Part shown: one piece after another, positions 24,845 to 37,505 of the stretch
How positions within the stretch are numbered: the stretch's first letter is position 1
Layout: every line of letters starts with the position of its first letter
NCBI RefSeq assembly: GCF_006345805.1
Contig: NC_043018.1
Coordinates: 2,170,001 to 2,234,000 of the forward strand
Reading direction: 5' to 3'
DNA: 64,000 nt
DNA from: Octopus sinensis
Taxonomy: Eukaryota
Notes under the pieces: model-generated
What the model was told of the DNA's origin: nothing
What the model saw: the letters and a program-made list of their open reading frames with translations, nothing else
The model's database searches: none
Translations under genes and position numbers: made by a program

Positions 24845-26076
24845 TAGTTAGTTAGTTAGTTAGTTAGTTAATTTGGCTCAAAAGCAAATAGCAAGGCCAT
24901 GTAGGGGGACATGGAGTTAAGTACAGGGTGGTGTTCATGTAAAGAGTTCAGGCCACTTGAGGTCCAGGGAGGCTTTGAACAAAGCGATCGTCGGCATCTT
25001 CACCATCTCGTCTGGCAGCTTGTTCCACGGATCCGCAATCCGGACGGAGAAAGCTCCTCTCCTTCGATTGAGATGAAATCGTCGCAGGTAGAGCTTTTCG
25101 GAATGACCCCGCAGCCGACGCTCCGGAGCAGGAGTGAAGAACAGCTCTTTCGAGAGGTTACACTTTCCGCTTATGATGTTTGGGCGAGAATGAGATCAAC
25201 ACGGCGGCGGCGTTTTTCAAGAGAATAAAGGTCGAGCGTCCTCAGCCTTTCTTCGTAGGACAAATTTTTGAGACCATGAACCATGCGGGTAGCCAGCCTC
25301 TGGACTCTTTCGAGGTGCTGTATGTCTTTGAGGAGATAAGGAGAAGAGGCTTGAATCCCATACTCCAATATGGGTCTCACCAGCGTGACATAGAGTGGCA
25401 GGAATATGGCTGCTGTGAGCATTCGGAATGACCGTCGAATCAAAAACAGAATTCCGCGCGCTTTGTTGGCAGCATGGACGCACTGGGCCGAAGGCGAAAA
25501 TGAGGAATCCACCAAGACACCCAGGTCCTTTACCTGATCGGTCCTCTCCAGCAGCAGACGACCCGGCTCGAAATCAAGTTGAGTTGCAGGAGTAGAGCCG
25601 ACAGGCAGATGACAGCACTTTGACACGTTCAGACACAGGTCCCAATCGTTAGACCACTTCCAAATTTGGTGGAGGCATCGACGAAGATCCTCTATACTAC
25701 CGCGAGGAGCGACCAGTTTGATATCGTCGGCAAATAGAAGGGTGTGTTGCGTGAGGTCGTCGGGCAAGTCATTTATGAAGACTAAGAACACAAGGGCCCA
25801 AGCACTGAACCTTGAGGCACGCCACTGCTCGCACTGGAGACGTCGGACCGCGAACCATTAACTTGAACTTGGAAGGAGCGATCTGAGAGGAAGGCACCAA
25901 CCCATCGTACAATATCCGGATGGAAACTATATACTTGAAGCTTGACAAGTAGTAGGCGGTGGTTTACCGAGTCAAAAGCTTTGGCAAAGTCCAATAAAAC
26001 GATGTCAACAGCATCACTATCATCGAGGATGCGCGTCACCAATTCTTCCATTACTAGTAAGTTGGTCAAGCATGAT
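24845..26076 (-). mobile_element. CR1-clade LINE, 5' truncated: RT, C-terminus, 3' UTR and (TAAC)n tail
   Basis: LDFAKAFDSVNH, SGVPQGSVLGP, FINDL, LLFADDIKL, KDLGV, VRPILEY, LERVQRLATR and RRGAFSVRIADPWNKLP. Stop at 24935-24937. Two apparent 1-nt deletions near 25790 and 25180. Confidence 0.95.
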
Positions 26077-26696
26077 AGTGTTGTAGGTTGGGTTTTAATG
26101 GGTGATGTGTATGTGTGTGTGTATGCGTTTTGTGTATGCTGGTATTGAGCATGAGTTTGTGTGTGTATGTATATATGTGGGTACGGTTTATGTAGTTCTG
26201 TAGATTCCGGGTGTGTGTATGTGTTGCATTTGTGAGTGCTTTGATTTGTTTGTATTGTTAGTGCAATGTGTGTGTATACGCGTAGGTGTGTTTGTGTGGG
26301 TGTGTCTATGTGTCTTGTTTTTGTCGGGGAGGTGTGTGTCATTGTGTGTGTGTGTGTGTGCATGCTCGTGTGTATGTATGTTTGTGAACGTTTGTTGTGG
26401 TTATTGTGATTGTAATGTGAGTGTATGTGTGTTTGTGTGAGTTGTGTTGTAATTGCGTGTTTGTTTTGTAATCTGCGTATGTGTGGGTGTGTTTGTGTGA
26501 ATGTGATTTGTAATTTCGGGATCGTGTGTGTAGGTGTGTGCATATATATAATATATATATATATTATATATATATATATATATTATATATATATATATAT
26601 ATATAATATATATTATATAAATTATATTATATATATGAATTTACATTTATATATGCGTGTGTGTGCTTGGTGTAAAATTGTAAAATGTAAAAAGCC

Positions 26697-26895
26697 TCGC
26701 TTCGGTCTTGAATGACCCTGGAAAAAACACCGAGAAAGTTCCCCTCCAAAGCACAAGTCCGGGCAAGGTTGTTTATGGAAGACCAGCTGTTCACCCATGT
26801 ATACCAGTCTCCCTTCTCCATCTTTATCCAAGGGAAAAGCAAAGGCCGATGCTGTATGGCAACAGTGACGTCGCCATTCATTTATACAGCTGCAA
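26697..26895 (-). mobile_element. Family C SINE tail without head
   Basis: GCACAAGTCCGGGCAAGGTTGTTTATGGAAGACCAGC matches the 700-740 segment of the 645-979 SINE. Confidence 0.8.
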
Positions 26896-27184
26896 ACGAA
26901 AAAACAAATTCAGTTAGCAAGCCACTACACTGAATCGAGCGCCGTACCTCTCAGACTTCGCTTAGGTTCTCTGTACAATTAAGATATGCAAACCATGACA
27001 CGGACACGCTCTTTTATGACAATAAGTTATGTTAAATCGAGAAAAATGATTTGATTTGTCAAAATGGTCATCTTTTTTTCGTCACTTAAAGCCACGAAAA
27101 ATCTTTTATAGTTACAATATTTTGACGAGGTTTTCACCCTAAGCTTCATCCCGTGGAACCCCGTTTTTCATTTGAGAACTACTA

Positions 27185-27585
27185 TTCACTCTTTTACTCC
27201 TTTACTTGTTTCAGTCATTTGACTGTGGGCATGCTGGAGCACCCCCAGGACTTATTCTTTGTAAGCCTAGTACTTATTCTATCGGTCTCTTTAGCCGAAC
27301 CGCTATGTTACGGGGACGTAAACACACCAGCATCGGTTGTCAAGAGATGTTGGGGGACAAACACTGACACAAAAACATACACACACACACACACATACAT
27401 ACATATATATATATACACACATATACGACGGGCTTCTTTCAGTTTCCGTCTACCAAATCCACTCACAAGGCTTTGGTCGGTCCGAGGCTATAGTAGAAGA
27501 CACTTGCCCAAGGTGCCACGCAATGGGACTGAACCCGGAGCCATGTGGTTGGTAAACAAGTTACTTACCACACAGCCACTCCTAC
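27185..27585 (-). mobile_element. tRNA-derived SINE (family A), full length
   Basis: Near-consensus copy with CAAGGTGCCACGCAATGGGACTGAACCCGGAGCCATGTGG. Confidence 0.9.
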
Positions 27586-28030
27586 GACTATTGTTTAGTT
27601 TTCTTTCACAATGACTGAGATATTTTGATTCAAAATCAATTTGAGGGTTTCTTACCATTGTTTTTGTCACTTAACACTATTTTTTCGTATCTAATATTTT
27701 GTACGAAATTTTCCCCAAAAGATTCTTCATGAGCCCATTATTTTTAAACAATTACTTTATACTTTCCTTCTTAAGATAACCGATATATTTTGACTGAAAA
27801 TCAATTACTCTCCCATTTTTGACTTATTTTGTAATTAACCAAATTTCAGTTATTTTATCACAAAATGTAGATGAAGATTGGATAACCATTGCTAAAAGAA
27901 CCGCATTCAATTCGGCTGAGAACTGATTTAGTGATGACATTCGAAGTACTCATGAAAACTAAAAGTGAACCGTACCGTACCAATATTACACCCACTGCCT
28001 TGGGTGAATGATATATATATATTATATATA

Positions 28031-28076
<46 letters not shown>

Positions 28077-28699
28077 TAGATAGATAGATGATAATATAGA
28101 TAGATAGAGATAGATAGTAGATACCATATAGACGTTCACACAAACACATACATACATAACTACACAGACGAACTCACGCAGCAATACACATGGACAATTA
28201 GGAAATATAATGCATTTCAACTTCGCTGAAATTCCTAATCTTGTTTTATCTTGTAAAGATCAGTCCTGATCAATCATACGAATAATCCAGAAAAAAACGT
28301 CCATGGCGTGACCATCTCGTGGACTTTCCTATATTTGACAACTCTGCAAACCCCCGCGCTTCATTTCAATAATTTAGGCGTCAGAGTGGGATTTGGAGAT
28401 ATGACTGCTGTTTCTAGAATATGAGATGACCACATAAAGCCAGATTTTTTCAGCTGGTGTATTTCATATACGTGTAATTATTACGATATCTTTCTTCCAT
28501 TATTAAAACATGATTCCCAACCACATCGACATATAAACTCATACGACATCTAACCATATTGACATCTGAATACACATTCCAACAGGCTCATAAAACACTC
28601 CATAAGCATATAGTAAACAGGGTATATTCACACATTCATAAACACACACGAAACGCACGCTTAAGTCGCATACATAACATACATACATACATATATACT

Positions 28700-29066
28700 C
28701 TTTACTCTTTACTCTTTTACTTGTTTCAGTCATTTGACTGCGGCCATGCTGGAGCACCAACTTTTAGTACTTATTCTATCGGTCTCTTTTTGCCGAACCG
28801 CTAAGTGACGGGGACCTAAACACACCAGCATCGGTTGTCAAGCAATGCTAGGGGGACAAACACAGACACACAACACACGCATACATATATATACATATAT
28901 ACGACAGGCTTCTTTCAGTTTCCGTTCACCAAATCCACTCAAAAGGCATTGGTCGGCCCGGGCCTATAGCAGAAAACACTTGCCCAAGATGCCCGCAGTG
29001 GGACTGAACCCGCAACCGTGTGGGTGGTTAGCAAGCTACTTACCACACAGCCACTCCTGCGCCTAT
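28700..29066 (-). mobile_element. tRNA-derived SINE (family A), small internal deletion
   Basis: TTTTACTTGTTTCAGTCATTTGACTGCGGCCATGCTGGAGCACC through CAGCCACTCCTGCGCCT. Confidence 0.9.
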
Positions 29067-29102
29067 ATACATATATACATATACATATATATAATATATA
29101 TA

Positions 29103-29143
<41 letters not shown>

Positions 29144-29205
29144 TATATATATATATGTATGTATATATATATATGTATATATATATATAACATAGTATAT
29201 ATATA

Positions 29206-29243
<38 letters not shown>

Positions 29244-29259
29244 TATATATATTATATAT

Positions 29260-29316
<57 letters not shown>

Positions 29317-29744
29317 TATATTATATATTATATATATATATATATATATACATCCATACAGATTTGTATCTGGAGATCCATATATATGAACACAGAGTCC
29401 GTAATGCACACTCCACCAAAGACAATTTCTCATTGTAAATAAGTTTATGTCAGAATAATATGAAATAAGACAGACATCACGAACATTTTCTTCGACAGTA
29501 AACAAAACAAAAAAAATAGTAAATGAATAAAATAAACGAATGAATAAAAAGAACGGTGAAAGGTGGAAAGAAATTCACCCTTTAACACATGTATTGATTT
29601 CAGTGATTGCTAAGACATATACAACCTTAGATTTATAGACGAGAGGAAATGGAATTGCATCTCACAGAGAATAAAGTAAAACAGCCCACACGATTAGACA
29701 TGTTCGCAAGCCTGTTGATGTTATGATATTCTACTTGTGGATTG

Positions 29745-29775
<31 letters not shown>

Positions 29776-29788
29776 AGTGTGTGTGTGT

Positions 29789-29821
<33 letters not shown>

Positions 29822-30383
29822 TTGGAGCTTGTATAAATCAATATCTTGCCATCCTTATCAGGTATTAGCATTACTGTTTCTTTGTATAGACATACGGTCT
29901 GCGTCTGTATATTCATGGATGGGTGTGCGTCACCGTCTGTCTGTCTTGTCTATCTGTCTTTCGACCTCTCTCACTTCAAATATGCATATGTGTGTGTGTG
30001 TATGTGTGTGAGCATGTGTGTGCGTGTGCGTGAAACAATAATTCAGAAAGATATGGAAAATCATAGTAAGTTAAATAAAACAGGTAATCCTGCTGTATCC
30101 AATAAATCACATTCTAGGATCTCGCTTATACCTTTCTCAATTCATCATTCTTGCATTGTCTGACTGCCTGTCTGCCTGTGTGTCTGTCTACATGTCTGCC
30201 TACCTACCTACATACCTACCTACCTACCAACATACCTACCTACATACCTACCTATCTATCTATCTATCTATCTAATTATTAGTATCTCTATATTAATATT
30301 TCTGTTTATCGATCTCTCCATTCTCTCTCTCTCCTCATGTATGTGTGTGTCTGTGTATATAGTGTATATATATATATATATAT

Positions 30384-30440
<57 letters not shown>

Positions 30441-31021
30441 ATATATATACACAATATATATATATATATATATATGGACACGTATATATATTATATATAT
30501 AATAATAATATATATGTAAATATATATATAATATATATATACACATATGCGTGTGTATGTATATACGCTGTCATACCTACGCATATATATGTGTGCAAGT
30601 GGGAGAACAAACGAAAGAAATTAGCCCTCAACACATTTAGTAGTTGTTACATATATTATTTAATAACAGATTCATTTACTTCTATGCAACTTACATTTCG
30701 GAGATTCGTAGAAAGAACCTAACTCCTCAAGCTTTTGAAGAAGAGTAAACATATATGGGACAAATTCAAGATATCCTCTAGAAGTTGGGCCTTTAACGTA
30801 GGCTATGTGGTGTTTGTGTTCTGAAAATAACATCAGATACTTTAATTTTAAGGATACGTTTTCGGAAAGGAAGTCAGCAGGTGTCTGTCACCGCTATGCC
30901 TGGACGATGCGATTTGGCATATTTAGCGACATCAGTTATTGCTTTTGATGCCATAGGATGAAGATTTAGCGACAACAGCTTTTCCGTGGGAATTACCAAA
31001 TTAGGTGGTGCTGGATTAAAT

Positions 31022-31057
31022 ATATTTGGTGTGCTCGGTTAAGAGCACACCAAATAT
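31022..31057. repeat. Perfect 15-bp inverted repeat with 6-nt loop
   Basis: ATATTTGGTGTGCTC-GGTTAA-GAGCACACCAAATAT. Confidence 0.95.
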
Positions 31058-31404
31058 GATGATCATGGATGCGGCTGTAGTTTATAAACATGACAAGCGT
31101 TAAGTGTCCTGCACTTGTGTATGGAGTAGCCAGGCCTGTGCCGGTCTTTCTTGATTGTCAGCTGTCAGTAGCTTGAAGTTCATTAAAATAGCAAACTTCT
31201 GATGGCAATAAGATACCAGATCCAGTGAAGTAAGTTATCGGATTGTCAATGTCTTTTGGCAACTTACATCTCCCTGCTATATATCATTAATGAGATACAA
31301 CTTGTCCAATCGTTGTTGAATTGGTTATTCTTTATTTTCACACATAACATATAAAGATCGTTTATACTTTATTCTACAGCTTTCATAATGTGTATGAAAA
31401 CATT

Positions 31405-32130
31405 GGAATTAGTGCCATTTTACGCTAGGTGTGGAAAACAGGGCTGAATACAACAAGGCAGCAGCAAAAGTAACTGTCAACGAATGTGTGACACAAAACT
31501 GATTCACACATTTCAAGGTAGGTAACACCAGCCTCGAAGATAAACCAAGGCCAGGGTGATTTTTCACAATGTTGAAATAATATGGTCTTTTACTAAGCAC
31601 CATCAATTCACGCCTCTAGAAGATAGACCGTGTGCACAAATGTTGTCGAGAATTTCCTCATGAATTGACAAATGACCAGGCTTAAAGACATGTAAACCTT
31701 TCTTGGCAAATCCTCGAGATCCCGTTTTGTCGTTTTGGCCTCGAATTGTAAATAGGATGACAAATGGATCTATCTTTGTAATCCTAATCAGAAATGAATG
31801 GCTTCGTATCGGCCAGGCGTCGGAATCTGTTGTCAAATAAGTGCAGTTTGAACAAAGGTCTTGTTGTGTGTTAGGTTGGGTTCAAGTGGTTGCCCTTTGA
31901 GCTTGTCCTAGATATTTATGCCGTAAATGCTAACCTTTATGATCAGCAACTGCTTTGAAACCAGGCTACCCGGTATTGATCAATGGAATACGCGCACTCC
32001 TGCCGCATGGCGATGTCCCAGCACACACTGCTCAAGTGACAAAGAGCAAAGACTTGACGGCTGGAAGTGCTTCCTCACCCTACCGAAATCCAGACCTTTC
32101 GGTATCAGATAACATGCAGTAACTTGTGGG
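31405..32130 (+). pseudogene. Decayed mariner (Tc1/mariner, D,D34D type) transposase
   Basis: Across frameshifts: FKVGNTSLEDKPRPG (HTH), FPHELT (WVPHEL), a decayed RIVTGDEKWI-like segment ending KWIYLCNP, LLPHGDVPAHTAQVT (HDNARPH) and LDGW.VLPHP..PDLSVSD (YSPDLAPSD). Confidence 0.8.
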
Positions 32131-32944
32131 TTTAGTTTTGGAAACTGCGAGGTCCAGGTGAGTAAGGATGGTGGTCCCTGGCATTGATACTCCATTCGAT
32201 GATCTAGAATTCACCAGACGAAACGGGACAAGGAGATGTACCAGCACTTGAAGGAGTGTGTAACTACCACTGAAATAGTTGGCTATCATGCCTGCGTTGT
32301 GTCTCATAAATACAATCGCATGGTTGGGGATGGCTCTATAGGGGACAACAGTCGAGAAGTGGCATCTTTCCAGCATGCAGTTGGTGGGATTTCGGTATTG
32401 CCAGATTGGCGTTTGAATTAGGTGCGTGTGTGCATCTATCGTAGCGAGCAATATTACTAGCGTATCAGGACAATTACATCCTCCGTGTCCCGAGGACCAT
32501 TGACCCCCATAGAAAAATCCCCCCCCCCGACAACTACTCCCTACAACAATTACAACCTTTGTTAATTACCCTCTTCAGGAAACCGGATTACCAGCCTTCA
32601 TCAGGAATTCAGGTATTGTGTAATCATACATGTCTGCATACGCACACACTCACAGGCGCGCGCGCACACAGACACACAAACATACAAATATATATTTATA
32701 CTTTAAATACTCTGTATTAATGCCAAGTTTTTAGTGAATGATATTTTGTTCTCTTTTTGGACACACGTTGGAGAAATTGAGATGATTTTTCCACACTGCA
32801 GGAAATTGTTCAATCTCTCTCTTTTTAGAAATATTTAGTCTTTTGGCTCAAAGTACAAAAAACAAACAAACAGACAAACAAAAAAAGATGGTGATGGAAA
32901 ATAAGCAAGTACGTTAGGTTAACGCTCTGGAAGAATGGAAATGT

Positions 32945-32980
32945 CTTTGACTTTTCGAGCCCAAGCGCTTCAACAGGAAG
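32945..32980 (-). ncRNA. Degenerate hammerhead-like fold, variant core CUGUUGA
   Basis: CTTC-CTGTTGA-A-GCGC-TTGG-GCTC-GAA-AAGT-C-AAAG. Homologous to 308-343, with mismatches in all three helices. Confidence 0.45.
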
Positions 32981-33981
32981 GAATGAAGGTTAAAAAAAGA
33001 GGGAAAGAATAAAAAGGGGTCTAGATAAATGGTTTCACACGATTTATTTTGGTGAATATAAATCTTTAATATTTGGTCATCTCATACAGAGGGTGAACTG
33101 TAGTAGAAAAATGAATGAAAAATCAGCAGATCCTGAGAATAAATGGCATGTATGAAATTTCATCCCAATATCTCTGTAGTATTTAACATGAAGACAATGG
33201 AGATGTTTTTTTTTTTTTGAGAGATGATCCCTTTACAAATACTAATGCCTTTATGACTGTTCCTTTTCCGATTGAACGTCTCTCCTTCTCTCTTCCTTTT
33301 CTTTCTTTTTATTCCTTTCATTCCTTCTTCCCCAATCAACACTTCTCTTCCTCTTTCCTCTTTATCGCTCTTCCACTTACATTATACCTGTATCGAAATA
33401 CCCCTTTTGCTCCTGTCTCTATGTTTCTACCACTTTTTTCAATATTCTGCTTGGTAATAAACAAAAACGATTCTGACCAACGTAGCATTAATTTTCAAGG
33501 TTCTTCAATTATTCTCAATCAATAAATAGGGTGACTGCGTACACCAATCAATAACAAACGTTACATCACAACCCGAATCAGCTGTAAGTCAAATTTACTA
33601 GAATAAGGAAAAATATGTAATGACAGTTATTTATGTCGTGAATTGTATAACAATCTGTGTAAAAACCAGCATAACTGGGATACAGTCATGGATTTACAAT
33701 ACAGAATGGCGATGAACTCTAAGCTAAGATATTGTCATTAGAATAAATGAAGTTCTTTAATAATCGAAACAATGTTGTTATCCTGGTGTACTGACAGAGA
33801 TCCTATAAAGTATTTTGCCCGCACTGGTAATCTTCAACTAACATTGTTATTTATGTGTGTGTGTTTATGTGTTTGTCTCTGTGCCTGCGTTTGTGTATGT
33901 ATGTGTGTTTGTCTGTGTGGGTGTGTTTCTGTGTCTTTGTGTGTATGTATACACATACATGCATACATACATACATATATA

Positions 33982-34031
<50 letters not shown>

Positions 34032-34484
34032 GTTATATATATATTATATATATATACAAAAACATTATATAATAAATATAATACAATATAAATAATATAT
34101 ATGTGTATATATATATGTATTTATATATATATATATATGTATATATACATCTATATATATGTGTGTGGGTGTATGTACATATACATATTTATATATATAC
34201 CTATATATGTATATATACATTCATACATATATACATATACATACAAACTTACACCTTATACATATATAGGTGTATACGTGTGCGCGCGTATGAAAATGTA
34301 TATATGCACGTATACACGCTTATGTTCAACAATAAATATTTCTTTAAGTTCGGTGGAGTCGAAAATACGAAAATACGTTTGGTTGACCAAACTTAATGGC
34401 ATTGAACGTTTTCCAAAACTCACAATGCATTTCCTTTAAAGAAAAACATATATAACGATAGGTAAGTATATTCCTTGAGTCATA

Positions 34485-34485
34485 A

Positions 34486-34540
<55 letters not shown>

Positions 34541-34577
34541 CTATCTATCTATCTCTATCTTTCCATATCTATCTATC

Positions 34578-34608
<31 letters not shown>

Positions 34609-34658
34609 CTCTATCTATCTATCTATCTATCTATATCTATCTATCTATCTTCTATCTG

Positions 34659-34708
<50 letters not shown>

Positions 34709-34730
34709 CATATCTATTTATCTATCTATG

Positions 34731-34764
<34 letters not shown>

Positions 34765-34827
34765 GCTATCTATCTATCATCTATCTATCTATATATCTAT
34801 CTATCTATTTATCTATCTATCTATCTG

Positions 34828-34869
<42 letters not shown>

Positions 34870-34871
34870 CA

Positions 34872-34935
<64 letters not shown>

Positions 34936-34938
34936 CAT

Positions 34939-34971
<33 letters not shown>

Positions 34972-34978
34972 TTATCTA

Positions 34979-35014
<36 letters not shown>

Positions 35015-35063
35015 ATCTCTCTATCCATCTATCTACTATTTATCTATCTATCTATCTATCATC

Positions 35064-35123
<60 letters not shown>

Positions 35124-35150
35124 CATTTATCTATCTATATATCTGTCTAT
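34485..35150. repeat. (ATCT)n microsatellite of about 660 bp
   Basis: Direct reading. Confidence 0.95.
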
Positions 35151-35176
35151 CTCTCTCTCTCTCTCTCCTCTCTCTC

Positions 35177-35211
<35 letters not shown>

Positions 35212-35213
35212 GT

Positions 35214-35245
<32 letters not shown>

Positions 35246-35664
35246 TATGTGCGTGTGTGTGTTTGTGTGTGCATGTGTGTGTGTGTGTGTGTTGTGTGTG
35301 TGTTTGTATATATAATTATTTATGCTTATATGTTTGTATGTAAATGACTTTCATAATGTAATATTGTACTAACGCGGTTATAATTTGCTTTGACATATAA
35401 AGTGTATCTTACACCGGCTTATAATGATTTATTCATTGTTATTTTGTATTGCTAGAGTTACATCGTCGGTAATATTACATCTTCTCTTTTCTTCGTTGTT
35501 TTGTTTATAAAAATTATTAATATCGTGTTTGGTAAATAACCAAAATTAAATGAAACGTATGATCGTCTTTTGCTATTTGTTAGGTCGCGCACGACACTTT
35601 GCTTTCCAGAATTCTTTCTATTATGTATGTGTGTGTGTGTGTGTGTGTGTGTATTTATATGTAA

Positions 35665-35819
35665 GTAGAGGATGTGTGGTAAGTAGCTTGTTTACCAACC
35701 AAATGGTTCCGGGTTCAGTCCCACTGCGTGGCACCTTGGGCAAGTGTTTTCTTCTATAGCCTCGCGCCGACCAAAGCCTTGTGAGTGGATTTGGTAGACG
35801 GAAACTGAAAGAAGCCATC

Positions 35820-35865
<46 letters not shown>

Positions 35866-35905
35866 TGTGTGTGTGTGTGTGTTTGTCCCATTAGCATGCT
35901 TGACA
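35665..35905 (+). mobile_element. tRNA-derived SINE (family A), 3' truncated
   Basis: GGTTCCGGGTTCAGTCCCACTGCGTGGCACCTTGGGCAAGTG through GGAAACTGAAAGAAGCCATCG. Confidence 0.9.
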
Positions 35906-37295
35906 GTGTAATTTCCTAGAATGGTAACTCTCTAGAAATTCTTTGGATGGATTCCACACGTGATATTTCTTTTGTATTTTGACTGTATTTCATTGTTTGA
36001 TACCACAATCTGTAGAATTACTTGTCTTTAGCGGCACTTCGATATTTGTTGCAAGCGTTCAGCACAAGCTATTCGTTTCAAGTTAACTTTTTCACTTCCA
36101 CACCTCTACGAGGCTCGGTAAAGCGCAATGGTTATTGCGTTCCTTTCTGAATAAAAGTTGAAATAAAAGAAAATATAAAAGATCATTAAAATTCTGTTTT
36201 TGTCACATATTGTCTCATGATGCCTTGCCTTGGTTTTTATTATGTATTTTTTAATATTTTTACTTTTTCCATTTTCATTTGACAATTCCCTCGCTTTTCT
36301 TCTTTTTCGTTCTAGTTCGCGTGCTTTCTTTTTAAAGAAATTTATGTTGAATTTTTTCCGTTATCGCTTCTGATTTGCGATTCTACAGATTTTGTGAGCC
36401 GTTTCCCCAGACCTATAAGATTGGGCAAACGTTGAATAACCAGAACCGGGAAACCTTGATGAATCAGAAAGCGTAGATGAGAAGAATTTCTTCCTTTCCT
36501 TATTTTATTTGAAAACATAATTCCCTTTAAAATTTTACTTTAATGACTGTTTACGTCATCCATGATTCTTCTGCTCCATCAATGTCGCAAGAAACCCGCT
36601 GATGACTGCAAGGAGTAAAACGCCAAGTAACATCTCCATTCAGCTCTGTAGAATAGATATAAATATTTATTCCCGGCTTTTATTTATGACACGGCATGCG
36701 CTCCCAAAATGTCAGCTGGTGTAATTATTGTTGGATTTTGTTTATGTCTTTAAACATTGAATCCACAACGCTACGATCAAAGATGGCCCAATAGATATCA
36801 TCCGTTCTTTTTCTCAGATATTGCCTATCTTCCACTACTTTATACAATGTCTCCTTCCTTTTATCAATAACTCCCAGTGTTCTGCTGCTTGGAAGTGTTT
36901 CCATTCCATAAAGAAATTCCTATACTTTAGCGGTTTCTGTCCATTGTGTATAGCTATATCTTTTGTAAGTTCTGTTTGTGTTTTCTCTCTCAGAAGTCTC
37001 TGTTTCCAGTGTGAATTAATATATAACCAAAGCATTTCTCTTTTGTATTCTATTGAATCATATTCCATCTGATTTAATTGTATTCCGAATTCGCAGGATT
37101 CTAGAAGCAGTTGTTGTATTTAACAATGTTTGACCTCCAGAATAAACTTTATAGCTTAACCAGAAATATATTTTCATGCTTTGCCCGCATATAACATCTT
37201 CGATATCTTTCTATATAATGTAAGAACACATAGAGCATAGGTAAATATACATAACCTACATTTATTATTATTTCGTAATTTATACAGGAAATATA

Positions 37296-37505
37296 AGGCA
37301 GCGAAGTGACAGAATCGTCAGCGCGCCAGACATACGGCTTAGCGGTATTTCTGCTAGCTTTATGTTTTATGTTCAAATTTCCCCGAGGGGGGTGACATTG
37401 TCTTTCATTCTTGCGGGTTCGATGAAATGATTACTAGCCGTGCATCGAGGTCAACGTAATCGACTACTCCCTTCTACAAAATTCTAGACCTTGTACTTAT
37501 AATAA
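37296..37505 (+). mobile_element. tRNA-derived SINE (family B), diverged
   Basis: GACAGAATCGTCAGCGCGCC, GCTTAGCGGTATTTC, GTTCAAATTTCCCCGAGG and GTAATCGACT. Confidence 0.7.

Noticed and set aside
32130-32580. GC-richer block after the mariner relic, possibly a Mutator-like remnant
   Set aside because: No catalytic motif or paired TIR could be established.
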